From Glycera tridactyla (Eukaryota), in contig OZ286460.1 in the NCBI GenBank assembly GCA_965644265.1, positions 52,948,001 to 53,012,000 of the forward strand: a DNA stretch of 64,000 nt. The letters are read 5' to 3'. Under the pieces are notes generated by a model. It ran no database searches, was not told the origin of the DNA, and was given only the letters and a program-made list of their open reading frames with translations. Both the position numbers and the translations under genes were made by a program. Positions within the stretch are counted from its first letter, which is position 1, and every line of letters starts with the position of its first letter. Shown one piece after another: positions 26,736 through 64,000 of this stretch.

Positions 26736-27779
26736 ATGCATCATATCATGTTCCAAGGGGAACACACACTCAGTGGCCGAGTCCATCAACCAAGACATAT
26801 GTTGGAACTTTTCACATGTGTGTGTGTATGTGTGTATGTGTGTGTGAATGCATGCATGTGTGTGTACATGTGCACCTGCCTGCAAGTATCACGGATGTGA
26901 TTGGCCATTGAAGGAAAAATGGAAATCAGTGATTTTTTTTTTGGGGGGGGGAATTAACATGGTTGAAAAACTAAAATCTACTTAGCGAAACATGGCAACA
27001 TTTCTGATCAAGAAGACAATTACATCCCTGAAGCATACATTCATGCAAATGTCATCGCAGGGCTTGAAACACACATTCATGTAGCCATGTTCATCAACTG
27101 GCAAGTAGGTTCCATTTGTTCTCAGAATTAATTCGGTTCTGGTTTCTGTCAATTGCAGCAGGCCCCACCCAGAAAATTATGGTATGCTAAGTTGTAGTGG
27201 AGAAATATCTCACTGTTCAGGGGCAGATACATCAACATAAACGTACTCACACAAACATCTAATGATACAATTAGATACCAAGCATTGCAGACAATTATAC
27301 AACAATACTACACTGGACCACTGAAACCAAAAGTACACTGGCCTAGCTTGACCACCGATTGGATTAAAACTTTGACATGAGCTGATTTGTGTAGATGACT
27401 AAAAAGGTGGCCTGGACCACAAAAGTTGCCAGGTAGCAGCACAGTGGACCCGGACTAGATATGGGTGTTCATGCATGCACCACAGAATGTGTTTTCTGTA
27501 TCTTTATTATTCCAGAACTATATTGAGTAAGGTGATCAGAACTGCAGGTATTCAATGATGTGAGGTATCAACCTGTATTCCTCACTTATTGTGTAACTTT
27601 CATTCATATCTTTGGATCTACCCAATATACACAGTTACTTCCAAACATTCCTTAGGCATTGATACTAAGTTCAAAGAACATTGTTATTCTTTGAATGTTT
27701 GCAAGTTGTTTTTTTAGGCCTACGTCACGTGTCAAGATCATCGGTGTAGATATACACACACCTACAAAGCAGTGAATTA

Positions 27780-61512
<33,733 letters not shown>

Positions 61513-61756
61513 TGGCGTCAGCCTAGGCGGCCTTCCAAGTCGTTCGAACCGGTGTCCGTCGGAGAATTACGTAAGTCCGCGGTCAAAGCAGATTTCCACC
61601 AACTAACAGTCCATCCAGTAAACAATCCCAGGTCCAGTGTTGCGAACCTACAAAAATGTCACAACTCGGTAAATCCACATGCATGCGAGCTGCCATCAAC
61701 ACGCGCGCCGAGTATAACTAGTAAACTGTCTGTGCTCGTGGCTTCACTGTGTAAAT

Positions 61757-61766
61757 CTGTCAATCA
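61757..61766 (-). promoter_or_regulatory. PBX-MEIS/PREP decamer TGATTGACAG
   Basis: Plus strand ctgtcaatca is an exact match to the established PBX-MEIS/PKNOX heterodimer site, about 245 nt upstream of the Meis ATG. Confidence 0.7.
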
Positions 61767-62279
61767 AATGCCGCTGCCGATCGACGTGCATAACGAATGG
61801 GCCGTCAAGCACCCGTCCCGGCCATGGGCAGCCCGTATGGGCGAGACATCTACAGTTTGGCCCAGCCCCGTATCTCATAGAACACACCACCTCAATGGAC
61901 AGGCCAAGATGGGATGGACCCGCCGTCACAAATGTATTCCAAATGATAATGACAGGCACTCCCGGCTACTTCAAAAACCACACATTTAGCAGCGGCATCC
62001 CCCAACTTTGTGCAATTTCTACCCTCAAAACTCAACGCTTTTCCCTCTCCTTTCCCGCAACTTCTACCCAATACGTGTGTTTTACTCGCCCAAACTTGGC
62101 GATTAATAATACTCGCCACGTTATATTTTCTCTTCCGAAGAGTGCGAATGACGTTTTAACGTCGGTGTATTGATACGTCCAAGTGTGCGCGCGGTGTATA
62201 TTTTGAATGATAAAAAAGAAAAACAAAGATGTACCTCTCCGGGGTCGACAGGGATGTCAGATAAGTTTTAGACGGCGTT

Positions 62280-62520
62280 AGAGTAACATGCAGGCCGAAA
62301 TTATCAATCCGTACGGCAGTAATGACAGCTGGATGGTTGAATTTGATTAAGCACTGATATTTAGCAGTGTTCGGTCATATTTACTAAGTCAGAACCTGAG
62401 TGCGGCGGCTACTGTCAGTGTGCGGTGCATCCACGTCTGATTTGTTTGATTATGCCAGTTGCTGGCAGTTGAAGCTCCGCCCCCACGTCGATGCTAGCCA
62501 CGCCCCCGTGTGGAGGCCAA
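62280..62520 (-). promoter_or_regulatory. Candidate proximal promoter of Meis
   Basis: CpG-rich, about 0.8-1 kb upstream of the ATG. GC box CCGCCCCC at 62477-62484, CACGCCCCC near 62499-62507, TGACAG/CTGTCA at 62323-62328 and 62412-62417, and a TGAT/TAAT core at 62301-62310. The TSS is not determinable. Confidence 0.55.
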
Positions 62521-64000
62521 CAGCACTGTAGCGGCCGCGCGATTGCTGCAGACCGCCAACCAGAGTGGCGCAGCGATGCACACTGCTTGCAGCGTGGTGT
62601 GTAGAACACTCCTGTACTGCAGACGATGCACACACACCAACACGTTGCTCTGCATTCACACACCACCACCGCCATATCTCCTATACGTATCTTTGCAAAT
62701 ATATACAAAGCTGGCATGCACGCACTCGGTCCTGATGCAAAACAGGGCAAAGACGAGCAACACTCGCGTCCTGCGTGTAGACATTCGCAAATTCGATATC
62801 GTCTTCAACATTGCATTAGCGGTTTATCAATATGAATATATGTAAATTTCGAGCTGGGGTTGTGTTCGCAGCATCGGCTATGTATACCGCATCTTGAGTG
62901 TGCGTAACGTGTCTGTGTGTGTAATTTGGTGGTTTGCTAACTTGGTGAGATTTTCCGAGGGACTTACACAGGCACTGGAGATGCATAATAACCTCGTGAC
63001 AGGAGATCTGACACAATAAGTGGACTGTTTACACATATATATACATATTAGTAGAGCTAGCTAGATCCCATTCACTCAACCCGGATCCAGCCCACCCGAA
63101 GATCTGTATAATGATACTATGTGGTCAGGCTGTATTTATATGATAGACCATATAATGAACATTATGGATGTCGCCATATTGGATATCTACATATCAAACA
63201 TTAGGTTCTATAATTTATATAAAGCGAGGATCACACTTATGCGAAGTTCCTGCACGGTTCAAACACATGAAATTCTAGTTCATCTCATTAGATACAACAT
63301 TACAACTTAGCAATATGTGTAAGTCATTACTTTTGATTGATCAGCTGAAAGTAGTGTTAGGCAGAGGACTTGTGGTTCTATATCTTATATGTGGAATAAA
63401 ATGGAACTTTAATCATTGATATATGTAGGTAAGCACATAACTTGATCCTCCTGATATTGTATCCTATCTTAATCCTAGCTTTCAGACTCCTTAAAGTTAC
63501 TATATGCCATCCCAGCTTAGAACTAAGTATATGTGTTACATACCCACATTGTCGGATGAACTTATCAACGTAGTCCTTTCTTTCTCAGTCTCGTAGCTCA
63601 CATACAATGTGCAAACCCAACACCAACTATTGCAAGATTATCTGCCACTTATCCCCTGATATGATAATATGATGAATCTGGTTCGGTTTGTGTTACTTTC
63701 ACGATGTATGTTAGTATCCAATCTTCATGGCTTGTGAATGATGTACAGATGGGTGGATTGTATACCTCTGAGTATGTCGTGAACTGGGATGAGCACCCCC
63801 CCCCCCCTCCGGTTGAGCCACCTCCCCAAGTGGTCACTGTCCTACAGAGCCCAGTGGGGTGCAGAGCATCACAAAGGGCGACTACTTGTAAGGACTGATC
63901 CCCATCTGTGTGTGAAGGGTGTTGTCAGGTGGTGATACATGTGGTCCCTCATGGACCTTTCATAAAGTGGCACACATACAGATGTAGATACATGTCCTCT

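Overview
Animal (invertebrate bilaterian-like) genomic DNA with 16 short N-gaps; the species cannot be determined from the sequence. The window holds the 5' half of one Meis/homothorax-class TALE homeobox gene on the minus strand. Six coding exons were assembled by hand, with canonical GT donors, AG acceptors and consistent phases: 61498-61512, 56391-56650, 46687-46828, 35835-35885, 34529-34579 and 27855-28082. Together they give 747 nt and 249 aa (MATQR-YEGEL...KRDKDQIYG-HPLFPLL...-AKSEKPFF...-MIQAIQVLRF...[27 protein letters not shown]...ASQDQ), covering the PBX-binding HM/MEINOX region. I found no homeodomain exon, so intron 6 is either longer than 27.8 kb or a later exon is hidden in a gap. 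The rest is intronic or promoter sequence. The 28-64 kb part has CpG-rich patches, many microsatellites and G-runs, and clusters of TALE/Hox/nuclear-receptor motifs. The 1-27.7 kb part looks CpG-poor and is filled with decayed repeats, pogo-like MITEs and a head-to-tail array of a tRNA-derived SINE. The best leads are regulatory: a perfect PBX-MEIS decamer upstream of the start codon, a possible homeodomain-less isoform, a DR5 RARE-like site and a possible internal promoter. These are hypotheses from motifs. I see no firm evidence of a wholly new biological system.
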